This document shows positions 1 to 10,132 of a stretch of DNA of 64,000 nt, in pieces (position 1 is the first letter of the stretch; every line of letters starts with the position of its first letter). The stretch is from Nitrososphaerota archaeon (GTDB lineage: Archaea; Thermoproteota; Nitrososphaeria; Nitrososphaerales; Nitrosopumilaceae): NCBI GenBank assembly GCA_028867755.1, contig JAGWFT010000002.1, positions 128,001-192,000 of the forward strand, in the 5' to 3' direction. The notes under the pieces are model-generated. The model saw nothing but the letters and a program-made list of their open reading frames with translations, was not told where the DNA came from and searched no databases. Made by a program: the position numbers and the translations under genes.

Positions 1-799
1 TAATATGGGCTCCTTTGTTATAGCCCTCGTAGATGTATACTCCAACTGCCTCTACGTTCTTTGGCATCTTGGGAACCAAGAGTTTTATTATTTCAGTTGA
101 CAGGTTTTCTACCGTAGCTTCTCCCTCTAGAAGATACGTAGTATTTTTTGGAAGTTGTAGATCGAATTTTCCTTTAGGGCCATCAAATGCAATATTATAG
201 TGAAGATCATCTTCTTTTACAAGATACCTTTTGTTGATGAAGAATTTGTGGTCTATGACTGAGATCACTTCCTTGATTATTTTTTTTGCATCGCCAAAAT
301 CTAAAAGCAAATTATTTTTCATTTCACCTACAAGTTCTACCATGACTGATGATGTATGACCATGCAAAATGGAGCATTTTTCTACTAGAGGTAAGATATG
401 TGCATAATCAAATGCAAATGATGGATCTTCCATAAATATTGAGCCTGTCTGGACATCCCTTGTCTTGTAAAGTACAATGTCATCAAGCTCTTTTAGTTGG
501 GCAGCAAGTTTTGGATGACCTATGGCAATTATTCTTGAATCGGGATTTTCTTGTTTTAATTCCTTGTATTTTGATATGTCCTTCTCGTCATCTATTATCT
601 CTATGAGTCCTTTTTCAGTCTTAAAATCAATGTTAACCTTTTTTCCATTGTTTAGTGTGAAGTTGTGATCATATTCGTACTCCATGCCAAGAAATGTTAG
701 CATCTCAGCTATGGAAAGCTCCGTCCTGCTTCTCATGAGATTTCCCTTTTTGTCGATATAGCGAAAATCCGAGTCAAGAATTGCCGAACCGCTTGGCAT
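1..799 (-). CDS. QueD/6-pyruvoyl-tetrahydropterin synthase family protein with N-terminal nuclease-like domain (3' end runs off the window; absent from ORF track)
   Basis: Manual translation from ATG at 799: MPSGSAILDSDFRYIDKKGNLMRSRTELSIAEML...FDYAHILPLVEKCSILHGHTSSV...LLDFGDAKK...DHKFF...EATVENLS...YIYEGYNKGAHI. The C-xx-LHGH, DFG, DH, TxENL and EG motifs fit the T-fold QueD/PTPS family. Frame stays open to base 2. Confidence 0.85.
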   Translation of the reverse strand, partial: MPSGSAILDSDFRYIDKKGNLMRSRTELSIAEMLTFLGMEYEYDHNFTLNNGKKVNIDFKTEKGLIEIIDDEKDISKYKELKQENPDSRIIAIGHPKLAAQLKELDDIVLYKTRDVQTGSIFMEDPSFAFDYAHILPLVEKCSILHGHTSSVMVELVGEMKNNLLLDFGDAKKIIKEVISVIDHKFFINKRYLVKEDDLHYNIAFDGPKGKFDLQLPKNTTYLLEGEATVENLSTEIIKLLVPKMPKNVEAVGVYIYEGYNKGAHI

Positions 800-854
800 T
801 TGAAAAATTTTGGATTGTCCGTATATAAATTCTGTACAGATTGTTAGTATGGTG

Positions 855-1142
855 TTATCTTGCCAAAGAGTTGAGTGTCTTTGCAAGATTGATGTCATTT
901 TGTGTTATTCCTCCTGCATCATGAGTAACCAATTCCACCTTGATCTTATTGTAAACGTTGAACCATTCTGGATGGTGGTTCATCTTTTCTATGTGTATAG
1001 CAGCCTTGGTCATAAAACCAAAGGCCTCTATAAAATCGGTAAAAACGAAATCCTTGTGAAGCTTACCATTTAAGACACTCCACCCTTGCAAGCTTGTCAA
1101 CTCTTGTTTAATTTGTTCCTCGGTTAGTTTGGCTAATGCCAT
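855..1142 (-). CDS. phhB: Pterin-4-alpha-carbinolamine dehydratase
   Basis: NHHPEWFNVYNKIKVELVTHDAGGIT signature. Confidence 0.93.
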   Translation of the reverse strand: MALAKLTEEQIKQELTSLQGWSVLNGKLHKDFVFTDFIEAFGFMTKAAIHIEKMNHHPEWFNVYNKIKVELVTHDAGGITQNDINLAKTLNSLAR

Positions 1143-1193
1143 GATTTTTTCTAGCGAACCCTATATTTAACTCTCATAGAAAAAATATCACAC

Positions 1194-1964
1194 ATGAGCA
1201 AAATGACAAACCTTGTTACACAAACACATGAGAAAATAATTCATGCAGTAAAAAACACGGTAACATCAAAAAAAATTGGAATTGCATTTTCTGGTGGAGT
1301 TGATAGCTCACTTTTGGCAAAAATTTGCTCTGACATTGGATTTGATGCAGTGCTGCTTACAATAGGATTTGAAGGCTCACATGATATTGAATTTTCAAAA
1401 AAAATTGCAACTTTTTTGGGGTTCAGGCATATTACTTTGACTATACAAAAAGAATCATTCTCAAGTGTAGCAAAAGAGATAAGACTCAAAATCAAGACAG
1501 ACAATCTTTCTTGGAATGAAAACTGTATTGCATTTCATTATGTATCAAAACTTGCACAAGAGCATGGGATTAAAAAAGTTCTTACCTCAAATGGCATAGA
1601 TGAGCTCTTTTGTGGTTACAATGCTTACAGGGAAGTTGTAGAAAATGGAGAAAAAGCAGTCATGGCTCTGATGGACTCAAAACTTGAGAACGAACTTAAC
1701 ATGATGAAGGCAGTAGATACTGTATCTGCGGATTTTGGTGTAAAAATACTCCAACCATTACTCTCTGAGGAATTTATTGCCTTTGCCAAAACCATTCCAA
1801 TTGAGGAGAAGATAAAAAACAAAGATGACTTGATTCGAAAACACATAATCCGGAGACTGGCTTTATCCATTGGTGTTCCTAGCGACTCTGCATTGAAAAG
1901 AAAAAAGGCGTTACAATACGGTTCTCTTATTCACAAAAATTTGATAAATCTCAAGAAAACTTAA
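1194..1964 (+). CDS. Asparagine-synthase C-terminal-domain (PP-loop) protein without glutaminase domain
   Basis: SGGVDSSL PP-loop, SNGIDELFCGY, P(L)L, KxxIR and RKKALQYGS motifs. Confidence 0.8.
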   Translation: MSKMTNLVTQTHEKIIHAVKNTVTSKKIGIAFSGGVDSSLLAKICSDIGFDAVLLTIGFEGSHDIEFSKKIATFLGFRHITLTIQKESFSSVAKEIRLKIKTDNLSWNENCIAFHYVSKLAQEHGIKKVLTSNGIDELFCGYNAYREVVENGEKAVMALMDSKLENELNMMKAVDTVSADFGVKILQPLLSEEFIAFAKTIPIEEKIKNKDDLIRKHIIRRLALSIGVPSDSALKRKKALQYGSLIHKNLINLKKT

Positions 1965-3312
1965 AACATGACTTTTTGACTAGGTTGTAGACATTTCTGA
2001 TTATTTGACCAGATGCACCCAAGTGGTTTTCTGGAACAAAAATTCTGTCTATCTCTTCTTCTGTGAGATGCAATGAGATTGCACTATCGTTTTTTACTGC
2101 ATCTTTGAAATCAATTCTATTCTCTGATGCTGCAAATGCAACACGCTGTATGTCTCTGTATGCTTCAAATCTGGGAACTCCTTTCTTTATGAGAGCCTCA
2201 AGTACAAATTCTGAAAAGATCTGACCTTTGGTGAATTCCAAATTATTTCTGATTTGTTCCTCGTTGACATATAACCTTCTTAGAATTATTGTCATCGCTT
2301 CTAGCATCTCGTCTATGAGAATGGAGCCTGTGGGAAGAATGAATCGTTCATTGGCAGAATTTGAAAGATCTCGTTCATGCCAGAGTGGAATGTTTTCAAA
2401 TGCTACAGAAATCTGGCTTCGCAATAGCTTTGAAAGTGATGTAACACGTTCGCTTTTTACTGGGTTTCTCTTAACTGGAACCGCACTACTGCCCATCTGC
2501 CCTTTCTTGAATGGTTCTGCCACTTCTCCTATCTCTGTTCTTTGAAGATTTCGTATCTCTACTGCCAACTTTTCTAGCGTAGCGCCAATTAGTGCTATAG
2601 AAAAAATAAACTCTGCATATCTCTCGCGAGGCACAACTTGAGTTGTGACGTCTGCAGGAAACAAGGCAAGTTTTTTTGCAACTCTTTTTTGAACCTCAAG
2701 TGCCTTTGCTCCCATGAGAGAGCCTGTTCCTACCACTCCAAGAGTCTTGCAAATTAGAATTCTTTTCTTTACTTCCTCAATTCTTTCAATGTGTTTTGCC
2801 ATTTCAAGTGACGAGTTTGCAAATTTTAAACCAAATGAAATTATGCTCGCATGTTGACCATGAGTTCTGCCAACTGCTGGTGTATCCTTGTACTTTACTG
2901 CTAATTCTGCTAAAATGATGGCAAGTTTTGCTATCTTGGGTTCTATTATGCTAATTGCATCTCTTATTTGCAAAGAATTACTAGTGTCAACAAGATCATT
3001 GCTTGTCAAACCGTAATGAATCCAAGGCCTTGCAGAAGATTTGCATATCTCACTGAGCGCTTCCACCAAGGCTGCTGTGTCATGATCGCTTTTTGCCTCT
3101 AACTGTTTTACTCTCTTTACAGTTATCTTTCCAGATCTTGCCATTTGTGCTATGTTCTGTGCTGCACTTTTTGGTATCATCCTTATCTCTGATTGTGCCT
3201 GAGCAACAGCTCCTTCGATCTCTAGTTGATATGAAATCTTTTTTTGGTCGTCAAAAATTTCCTTCATGGCATCTGTTCCGTAACGACCTGCATCAATTGG
3301 CAGTATTGTCAT
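1951..3312 (-). CDS. purB: Adenylosuccinate lyase
   Basis: GRTHGQHA and GSSAVPVKRNP fumarase-superfamily signatures; start placed at ATG 3312. Confidence 0.95.
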   Translation of the reverse strand: MTILPIDAGRYGTDAMKEIFDDQKKISYQLEIEGAVAQAQSEIRMIPKSAAQNIAQMARSGKITVKRVKQLEAKSDHDTAALVEALSEICKSSARPWIHYGLTSNDLVDTSNSLQIRDAISIIEPKIAKLAIILAELAVKYKDTPAVGRTHGQHASIISFGLKFANSSLEMAKHIERIEEVKKRILICKTLGVVGTGSLMGAKALEVQKRVAKKLALFPADVTTQVVPRERYAEFIFSIALIGATLEKLAVEIRNLQRTEIGEVAEPFKKGQMGSSAVPVKRNPVKSERVTSLSKLLRSQISVAFENIPLWHERDLSNSANERFILPTGSILIDEMLEAMTIILRRLYVNEEQIRNNLEFTKGQIFSEFVLEALIKKGVPRFEAYRDIQRVAFAASENRIDFKDAVKNDSAISLHLTEEEIDRIFVPENHLGASGQIIRNVYNLVKKSCFKFS

Positions 3313-3418
3313 ACATCTAAAAGAAACCATACTAGCAAAATAAATCTACTTGAAGAGATGAGCCTGTGCCTTACTCATGATTTAAATTGTGTCCAAATAT
3401 CCTTTTTCGCAGAAAGAA

Positions 3419-4870
3419 ATGACTTCGTTAACTCCAAAAAAAATAGGTAACATGGAATATAGAATTGAAGCAGACGCTTCTCGGGGCATGAAGGTTCCAG
3501 TCACAATATATGCAGACGAAGGATTATTGCAAAAAATGCTAACTGATAGGACTATTACTCAAGCTGTAAATGTTTCTACTTTGCCAGGAGTTGTAAAACA
3601 CGTGGTGGTACTCCCAGACGGCCATGAGGGATACGGCTTTCCTGTTGGAGGAGTAGCAGCCATGGATGCTGAAGAAGGAATGATCAGCCCTGGTGGAGTT
3701 GGCTATGACATAAACTGTGGTGTCAGGCTGATAAGGACAAACCTCACAGAAAAAGATGTAAGGCCAAAACTCAAGGACCTCGTGCTTGAGCTCTTCAAGT
3801 CTATTCCTTCTGGTGTTGGCTCTAAAGGAGCTGTAAAACTAAGTTCCTCAGATCTTGATGAGGTTCTTGTGCGGGGAGTACAATGGGCAGTAGATCATGG
3901 ATATGGTTCAAAAGATGATGCTGATGTATGCGAAGAAAATGGCCAAATAAAAAACGCTGACCCAAATAGAGTATCACAAACTGCACGTAAGCGAGGCTCT
4001 CCACAACTTGGTAGTCTTGGTTCAGGTAACCATTTTCTTGAGGTTCAGCGTGTTGAACAAATTCATGATAAAGAAGCTGCAAATAGGATGGGAATTTACA
4101 ATGAAGGACAAATAACTGTGCTAATCCACTGTGGTTCACGAGGATTTGGGCATCAGGTCTGTAGCGATTATCTTAGAACATCTGAACAAGCACTTCAAAA
4201 ATATAAAATAAATCTAGTAGACAGAGAACTTGCCTGCGTGCCAAATTCTTCTGAAGAGGGAGAGTCTTATAGAAAAGCAATGTTTGCAGCGTTGAACTTT
4301 GCGTGGAGCAACAGACAGATGATCACACACTGGACAAGAAAGGCATTTGAGAGAGTCTTCGGGCAAACCGAAGCAGATTTGGATATGCGACTTATCTATG
4401 ATGTAGCTCATAACATAGCAAAGGTTGAAAAACACAAAATTGATGGTGAATTACGCTCAGTGGTAGTTCACAGGAAAGGTGCAACAAGAGCATTTCCAAA
4501 AGGCAGAGATGAGATACCGCAGAAATATCGTGACTTGGGGCAACCTGTCTTTATTCCAGGTTCTATGGGTACGGGTAGCTGGATTCTTTTAGGAAAACCT
4601 GGCTCAATGGACTTGAGCTTTGGTTCTACTGCACATGGAGCAGGAAGAATGATGTCAAGATCTGCAGCACGACGTAGTTTCACTGAAAGCCAAGTTCAAA
4701 AATCTCTTGGTGACAAAGGAATTTTCATAAAAGCTTTGACAAGAGAAGGTGTAGTTGAAGAGACACCAGAGGCATACAAGGATGTGGATGCCGTGGCAAA
4801 TGTATCTCATGAAATGGGGATAGCAACAAAAGTAGCTAAACTTGTTCCTATAGGTGTAATCAAGGGATGA
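3419..4870 (+). CDS. rtcB: RNA-splicing ligase RtcB
   Basis: PDGHEGYGFPVGG, GYDINCG, GNHFLE, HRKGAT and HGAGR motifs; start placed at ATG 3419. Confidence 0.97.
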   Translation: MTSLTPKKIGNMEYRIEADASRGMKVPVTIYADEGLLQKMLTDRTITQAVNVSTLPGVVKHVVVLPDGHEGYGFPVGGVAAMDAEEGMISPGGVGYDINCGVRLIRTNLTEKDVRPKLKDLVLELFKSIPSGVGSKGAVKLSSSDLDEVLVRGVQWAVDHGYGSKDDADVCEENGQIKNADPNRVSQTARKRGSPQLGSLGSGNHFLEVQRVEQIHDKEAANRMGIYNEGQITVLIHCGSRGFGHQVCSDYLRTSEQALQKYKINLVDRELACVPNSSEEGESYRKAMFAALNFAWSNRQMITHWTRKAFERVFGQTEADLDMRLIYDVAHNIAKVEKHKIDGELRSVVVHRKGATRAFPKGRDEIPQKYRDLGQPVFIPGSMGTGSWILLGKPGSMDLSFGSTAHGAGRMMSRSAARRSFTESQVQKSLGDKGIFIKALTREGVVEETPEAYKDVDAVANVSHEMGIATKVAKLVPIGVIKG

Positions 4871-5307
4871 CAGAGGAAGACAAAGAACTAGAACTTTTGA
4901 AGGCAAAAAGACTACTTGAGATGCAAAAAAACCTCTCTCAGAAACAGAAAATTGACGAGTCAAAAACGCAACAACCAGCGCCTTCTGTACCTGCACGAGA
5001 AGTTGTTGTCAAGCAACTTGGCTATAGGGGACTTGAAGTTCTTGAAAATGCAGAGGCACAGTTTCCCGGGGAAACCAAATTGGTGATAGAAAAACTTGCA
5101 GAGCTAATGCAATCTGGAGAGGTATCTGAAATAATTGATGGAGGTAAACTGCTTACGCTTTTTAGGTCAATTGGAGTACGAGTCAAAGTACAAACCACGA
5201 TAAAAGTTGAACAGGATGGAAAATTGGTATCATGGTCTGACAAATTAAAGAAGGTAGAAGATGATCTTGACGTAGTTGATACAGATATTCCACCTGAAAA
5301 TCCTTAG
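4867..5307 (+). CDS. PDCD5-like double-stranded DNA-binding protein
   Basis: DxELELLKAKRLLEMQ start and ExLAxLxxSG core; overlaps rtcB stop (ATGA). Confidence 0.7.
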   Translation: MTEEDKELELLKAKRLLEMQKNLSQKQKIDESKTQQPAPSVPAREVVVKQLGYRGLEVLENAEAQFPGETKLVIEKLAELMQSGEVSEIIDGGKLLTLFRSIGVRVKVQTTIKVEQDGKLVSWSDKLKKVEDDLDVVDTDIPPENP

Positions 5308-5388
5308 TTTATTTATGCCGACAAATCAAATTTTATAATTGCATGGCCAACCTAGAATAGTAAAGATGGCTTTATCTGCAGGCTATAG

Positions 5389-5724
5389 TTGGGGAACTTG
5401 ATGAATAACAGACCAACTATCTTAGAAATTGCAAGTACTAGTTATGAAACAGAAATTGAATTGATTTCTTTTGCAATGAATAGCTTACAATTGCTTTGTG
5501 ATGTACGTAATGGATTTCTTATCAGCGAACCCATGCATAGATTTGGTTGGGCGTTTTTCAAGATATTGATAAAAGATGAACTCTTGTCTGCGATGCAACT
5601 AAAAGTTGATGACAAGATCCAAAAATCTAAAGGAAAAAAATATGAAGAAAAATTTGCTAGCTTTATGGCAAATCTCTTCGAACAAAATAATGCAAAAGTA
5701 AAGGTAAAATTGATAGAAGGCTAG
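5389..5724 (+). CDS. Hypothetical protein
   Basis: 111-aa ORF filling the gap between convergent genes; normal composition. Confidence 0.7.
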   Translation: MGNLMNNRPTILEIASTSYETEIELISFAMNSLQLLCDVRNGFLISEPMHRFGWAFFKILIKDELLSAMQLKVDDKIQKSKGKKYEEKFASFMANLFEQNNAKVKVKLIEG

Positions 5725-6125
5725 ACTCTTCTTCCTCTTTTGCCACCCTTTTTACGGGTAGTGTCATGAGGAATTGGCGTTACGTCATCGATTCTTCCGA
5801 TCTTAAATCCGCCTCTTGCTAGTGCTCTAATTGCTGCTTGTGCTCCAGGTCCTGGAACTCTAGATCCGACTCCGCCAACAGCTCTTACTCTAATATGAAG
5901 TCCTGTGAAGCCCTTGTCATGAGCAGACTCGACTACTGCTGCAGTAGACTTCATTGCAGCATATGGAGATGACTCGTATCTGTCTGCATTTACATGTCTT
6001 CCACCAGAACTGATGGATACAGTCTCGGCTCCGGAGACATCTGTGATATGAACAATAGTATTGTTATAACTACTATAGATGTGGGCGACGCCCCATTTCT
6101 CCTTAGTTTCTTGCTCTGACAACAT
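5721..6125 (-). CDS. rps11: 30S ribosomal protein S11 (uS11)
   Basis: [42 protein letters not shown]. Confidence 0.98.
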   Translation of the reverse strand: MLSEQETKEKWGVAHIYSSYNNTIVHITDVSGAETVSISSGGRHVNADRYESSPYAAMKSTAAVVESAHDKGFTGLHIRVRAVGGVGSRVPGPGAQAAIRALARGGFKIGRIDDVTPIPHDTTRKKGGKRGRRV

Positions 6126-6155
6126 TTCAGAGCTCTATAACGGGTTTAAAAAACA

Positions 6156-7112
6156 TTAGGATCTAAGATGAACCCAACCACATCGTTTGAGAATCCTTTC
6201 TTGCGTCTTGTCTCTGAGAACGACGTTTTTGCCATTGGTGACATGGCCTATTTCAAAAATGGGAACATGGAGTCTTTTTGCAAATCTCCTGACTGCATTC
6301 ATGTTCTTTGTAGGTATTGTGGCAACTATCTCGTATTCTTCGCCGCCGCAAAAGACAAGATCTGTCAAGCTAACTTTCTTATTTTTTGCAAATGTCTCTA
6401 CGTCGGCTCCAGTTGGAATTTTTGTTATGACAAATCTCTTCTTGCTCAATTTGCTCATGTCATTTAGAGTGATAGATAGACCATCGCTTGAATCCATGGA
6501 CGAAGAAAAATATCTCGCAGATCTCAATCCGAACTCTAGTCTTGGTGTAGGTAAAAAGACGCTTTTCTTACATTTTTTAACAAATTTTGTATGTGTTCTG
6601 ATGTTTTGAAGAATCATCTTTAATCCTGATGAAGAATACCCAAAAGGCCCAGACACAATTATTCTGTCACCATTTCTTGCTCCACCTCTTGGTATTATTC
6701 TGTCGCCAATTCCAAACATAGAAACTTCAATGACAATCTCTTTTCCCTTGTTTACATCTCCGCCAACTATCTTTACGCCAAATTCCTTTGATGCTGTAGA
6801 AAAGCCATTTGCTAGCTCACTTATCATTTTTCTAGTAAATCCATGAGGAATAGCTAGTGAAATAGTCGCGTATCTAGGCTTGATTCCCTTGCAGGCAAAG
6901 TCGCTCACACATGAAACCATGCTCTTTCTAGCCACCTGATGTAACTTCATGCCAAGTGGAACGTCTGTACTTTGAACCAACATGTCTGATTTTACAATAA
7001 AGTTTCTGCTTGGCATTGTCAAGATCTCCAAGTCTTCTGGAACAAAGTTTGATTTTTGTCCAAAACGACTCTGGAATATTCTAATGATTTCTATTTCGTC
7101 TGGCTTCTTCAT
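6156..7112 (-). CDS. thiL: Thiamine-monophosphate kinase
   Basis: SDFA, IVGGDV, DSSDGL and GGEEYE motifs. Confidence 0.9.
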   Translation of the reverse strand: MKKPDEIEIIRIFQSRFGQKSNFVPEDLEILTMPSRNFIVKSDMLVQSTDVPLGMKLHQVARKSMVSCVSDFACKGIKPRYATISLAIPHGFTRKMISELANGFSTASKEFGVKIVGGDVNKGKEIVIEVSMFGIGDRIIPRGGARNGDRIIVSGPFGYSSSGLKMILQNIRTHTKFVKKCKKSVFLPTPRLEFGLRSARYFSSSMDSSDGLSITLNDMSKLSKKRFVITKIPTGADVETFAKNKKVSLTDLVFCGGEEYEIVATIPTKNMNAVRRFAKRLHVPIFEIGHVTNGKNVVLRDKTQERILKRCGWVHLRS

Positions 7113-8394
7113 AGCTCTTACTGACTAGACTGGTCACTTCTTTTTCTATATCCTTTACTTTCCTAAAATCATTTGATTCAGCAGAAACTCTGATACTGTG
7201 TTCTGTATTGGATTGTCGCACTAGAACCCAACTATCATCATCTATGATTGACTTTACCCCATCCATTGTTATTATATGACTGAATTTCTTTTTCATCTTC
7301 TTTGTTAGTATTTCAATAGTTTTTTTGTGAAATTTCGAGTCTACATTTACCTTGGCTCTTCTTTGGAAATAACCTTCCATGAATTTGACAATGTCTAAAA
7401 ATTCCTTTGTTCCAACCATTGATGCAATCAAACCGCTGGTGAGCAGCCCATCTCTACACATATTAAATTCAGGTAAAATAAATCCAGCACTACTTCCTTC
7501 CCCACCTGCTTGAGAATTTGTCTTTAACATTAAATCAACAACATTGGCTTCTCCCACCTTAGATATCTTAACTTGACCTCCTTCATTGTTGATGAATTTT
7601 TCAATTGCAACACTTGTATCTATACTCAAAACAAATTTTTTGTATCCAATTTCAAGTGCTTTAGCAACTCCCAGTCCGAGAGTAGTATCTGGGGTTTGCT
7701 TCTTACCATCTCTTACTACTACTAGCCTGTCTCCATCTAAATCAAATGCAAATCCAATGGCTCCATTCTTGGATAGTCTTGTCAGGTCTGATAGCCTGTC
7801 AGAAGTTGGATCAGGACCACGCGAGGACTTGCCGGGAATGTGATTTATTTTTTTTACTTTGCATCCAATCCTGTCTAAAAGCAATGGGGCTACTTCAAAG
7901 GCTGCTCCGCCTCCAACGTCTACAACAACATTTGGTCTGCCCTTTACATTACCAATTAATTTTGCTGCCTCGTTGACATAGCTTGAATCAATCTCCGATT
8001 CTGAGCCAATTTTTTCCCTTGAATCTGGTTTTTTCTTTAGTAGGCATTCTAATTCTGATTCATTGATGCCTCTGCCATCTATGATAAATTTTAGACCGTT
8101 CCATTCAAGGGGATTGTGAGATGATGTTACTATCAATCCACTCCCATACTTTCTTGATTCTCTGAATGCTACTGGAGTAGGTGCTATTCCTAAATTGTAA
8201 ACTGCGATGCCTCTTTCCATGAGAGCCGCAGAAGCAACATGAGAGAGAATCTCACTTGATGGTCTGGTATCACGAGCCAGAGCACATTTTTTTGATTTTA
8301 TTAGATGAGAAAAATTATAACAAAAATGAATTATATCTTTGAGGTTAAGGTCGTCTAAAAAAATTCCGCGTACTCCGGAAATTGATACCTTCAA
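7081..8394 (-). CDS. Phosphomannomutase/phosphoglucomutase family
   Basis: SISGVRG, TSSHNP (phospho-Ser loop), FDLDGDR, GGEGS, VRQSNTE; start placed at TTG 8394. Confidence 0.92.
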   Translation of the reverse strand: MKVSISGVRGIFLDDLNLKDIIHFCYNFSHLIKSKKCALARDTRPSSEILSHVASAALMERGIAVYNLGIAPTPVAFRESRKYGSGLIVTSSHNPLEWNGLKFIIDGRGINESELECLLKKKPDSREKIGSESEIDSSYVNEAAKLIGNVKGRPNVVVDVGGGAAFEVAPLLLDRIGCKVKKINHIPGKSSRGPDPTSDRLSDLTRLSKNGAIGFAFDLDGDRLVVVRDGKKQTPDTTLGLGVAKALEIGYKKFVLSIDTSVAIEKFINNEGGQVKISKVGEANVVDLMLKTNSQAGGEGSSAGFILPEFNMCRDGLLTSGLIASMVGTKEFLDIVKFMEGYFQRRAKVNVDSKFHKKTIEILTKKMKKKFSHIITMDGVKSIIDDDSWVLVRQSNTEHSIRVSAESNDFRKVKDIEKEVTSLVSKSYEEARRNRNH

Positions 8395-8416
8395 TGACTG
8401 GAAAGCACAAAGGCTT

Positions 8417-8424
8417 TTTATAAA
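8417..8424 (+). promoter_or_regulatory. Archaeal TATA box of tRNA-Thr
   Basis: TTTATAAA about 24 nt upstream of the tRNA 5' end. Confidence 0.6.
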
Positions 8425-8447
8425 CTCTGATGGCATTGCGAACCAAT

Positions 8448-8521
8448 GCCTCGATAGCTCAGCCTGGTAGAGCGAACGCCTCGTAAGCGTTAGGCCGCGG
8501 GATCGAATCCCGCTCGAGGCT
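8448..8521 (+). tRNA. tRNA-Thr(CGU)
   Basis: Acceptor GCCTCGA/TCGAGGC, anticodon arm AACGC-CTCGTAA-GCGTT, T arm GCGGG-ATCGAAT-CCCGC. Confidence 0.95.
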
Positions 8522-8953
8522 CATCAATTACATTTTCAAAAATTTTACAAATATTTTTGTTATATGGAATGTCGAAAATTCAAAATTGTTTGTTCTGTTC
8601 GTGTCCTTCATCCAGAGTTTCTATATCTAATTCTAATTCTTTTGCAAGCCCTTTCCACCATACTAACACTTCTGTCATCCCAATACTCCCCAAACATAGA
8701 CAAGACTACACCTTTATAGATCTGTCGGTCGCTTTATACCCAATCTGCAGATCCATTTCTGATCTAAAAAATTCATTAGAACTTTTCAATAATGATTTTT
8801 GTATCTTTTTGTAAATGTAGTAAAGGAATTCTGCAAGATCGCTTTTTTGAAATCTGATGACACATATCTCAAAATCCACTTTGAAACATTTTAGATAATC
8901 TATTGGTTTCTAGATTAGAGTTTCTGAAATTAAAAATGTAGTAGAGGTGTGGC

Positions 8954-9235
8954 TTAGAGTTCTAGGCCGAAAGAGTCAGCCAAGCTCTGGAATTGTATGT
9001 AGGTTTCTAGGTACTGCTTGCCTTTTGAAGTAATGACAAACGTATTTTTGCCATCGAATTCTATCCTGTTTATTAGGCCTGCTCCAGTTAGGTTGTCAAT
9101 AAACTTGGAGAGCCTTGAATGTGATAAGTTAGCCTTTGTTAGAAGTGATGTTACATTAATGCCATTTACGCCACTTTCTTCTGTGACCGATAGCAGATCT
9201 CGTACTATCTGCATGCTAGTTCTATACGCAACCAT
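8954..9235 (-). CDS. Winged helix-turn-helix regulator (paralogue of 15793-16083)
   Basis: YRTxMxIxxDxL...KANLSHSRL...ITSKGKQYL...ADSFGL. Confidence 0.85.
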   Translation of the reverse strand: MVAYRTSMQIVRDLLSVTEESGVNGINVTSLLTKANLSHSRLSKFIDNLTGAGLINRIEFDGKNTFVITSKGKQYLETYIQFQSLADSFGLEL

Positions 9236-9353
9236 ATTCGGTACTTATAAGGCGTGGTGATATAAGGGTATTACGCTTCCTCTCACGAAACACTGCTTAC
9301 CAAATAATTCTATTATGAAACAGATTTTATCCCTTTTCAATACTTAGATCGTA

Positions 9354-9911
9354 TTGGATTTTTCTTGCATAGAGGGGTGTTCCAAATGCTGTATAGAAAG
9401 GGAATACTATCCATCTGTGAAATTTGGCAAAGTAGGAGTGCTAATCCTGCCTGACGAGAAACAAAAAATAGAGTTTCTTGCAAAAAATCACTCTACTAAA
9501 GTGATAATTCTTCCTAGGATAGGAATCTCAGAAAAAAATGACAAGCCAGATGAAATTCTTGCATATCAAATGATGGGCAAAGAACCTAATGGAAACACAT
9601 GTCCTTTTCTTGATACTGAAAGCAGTGAGCGATCGCCACATGGTGGATACAAGTGTAAGATATACCAAGATAGACCACTTGCTTGCAGGGCTTATCCACT
9701 AATCGAGTCTTCACCTCCTGTATTAGATCCAAAATGCAAATTCTGCGAAAGTTGTTCTAGTCCTACTGGAAATATTCATTCTGAACTTGAATCGCTTGCT
9801 AAAATAAAGAACAAGATGGAAACCAAAGCGCAATACATATGGCGATATGCTACGGGAATAGGGGAAGAGTCAGATAAATCTCAGATAAAGACTGGTTGGT
9901 TTTTAGTTTGA
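9354..9911 (+). CDS. YkgJ-family cysteine-cluster (putative Fe-S/Zn) protein
   Basis: CxxxCSKCC, CPFL, CKIYQDRPLACRAYP motifs. Confidence 0.88.
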   Translation: MDFSCIEGCSKCCIEREYYPSVKFGKVGVLILPDEKQKIEFLAKNHSTKVIILPRIGISEKNDKPDEILAYQMMGKEPNGNTCPFLDTESSERSPHGGYKCKIYQDRPLACRAYPLIESSPPVLDPKCKFCESCSSPTGNIHSELESLAKIKNKMETKAQYIWRYATGIGEESDKSQIKTGWFLV

Positions 9912-10067
9912 TTTGTTCACTCTTTCATGAGTGCCTGGATAATGTTCAGAGATCTTTTTGGAATAGCACTTGCTACACAAAAGTCCCTTGACATTCCATG
10001 TTTCCATAGGATGGTATTCATGATCCAAGGGGCCGTTGCATACACCACATTTTTTTGCTTCTTCCAC
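9903..10067 (-). CDS. Small CxxC...CxxC zinc-finger protein, 54 aa (absent from ORF track)
   Basis: GTG start: VEEAKKCGVCNGPLDHEYHPMETWNVKGLLCSKCYSKKISEHYPGTHERVNKSN*. Confidence 0.75.
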   Translation of the reverse strand: MEEAKKCGVCNGPLDHEYHPMETWNVKGLLCSKCYSKKISEHYPGTHERVNKSN

Positions 10068-10132
10068 GTTTGAAAATTCATTTTTTCGTTATAAAAAGCA
10101 TGTTAAATACTACTAATTTCATACAGTAAGAC

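Noticed and set aside
171-190. Apparent frameshift in the QueD-like gene
   Set aside because: Re-reading gives GCA TTT GAT GGC CCT AAA, so the frame is intact
8557-8814. 85-aa ORF 3' of tRNA-Thr, and short minus-strand frames in 8520-8950
   Set aside because: No recognisable motifs in any frame and atypical composition; no att duplicate of tRNA-Thr seen. Left as intergenic or decayed DNA.
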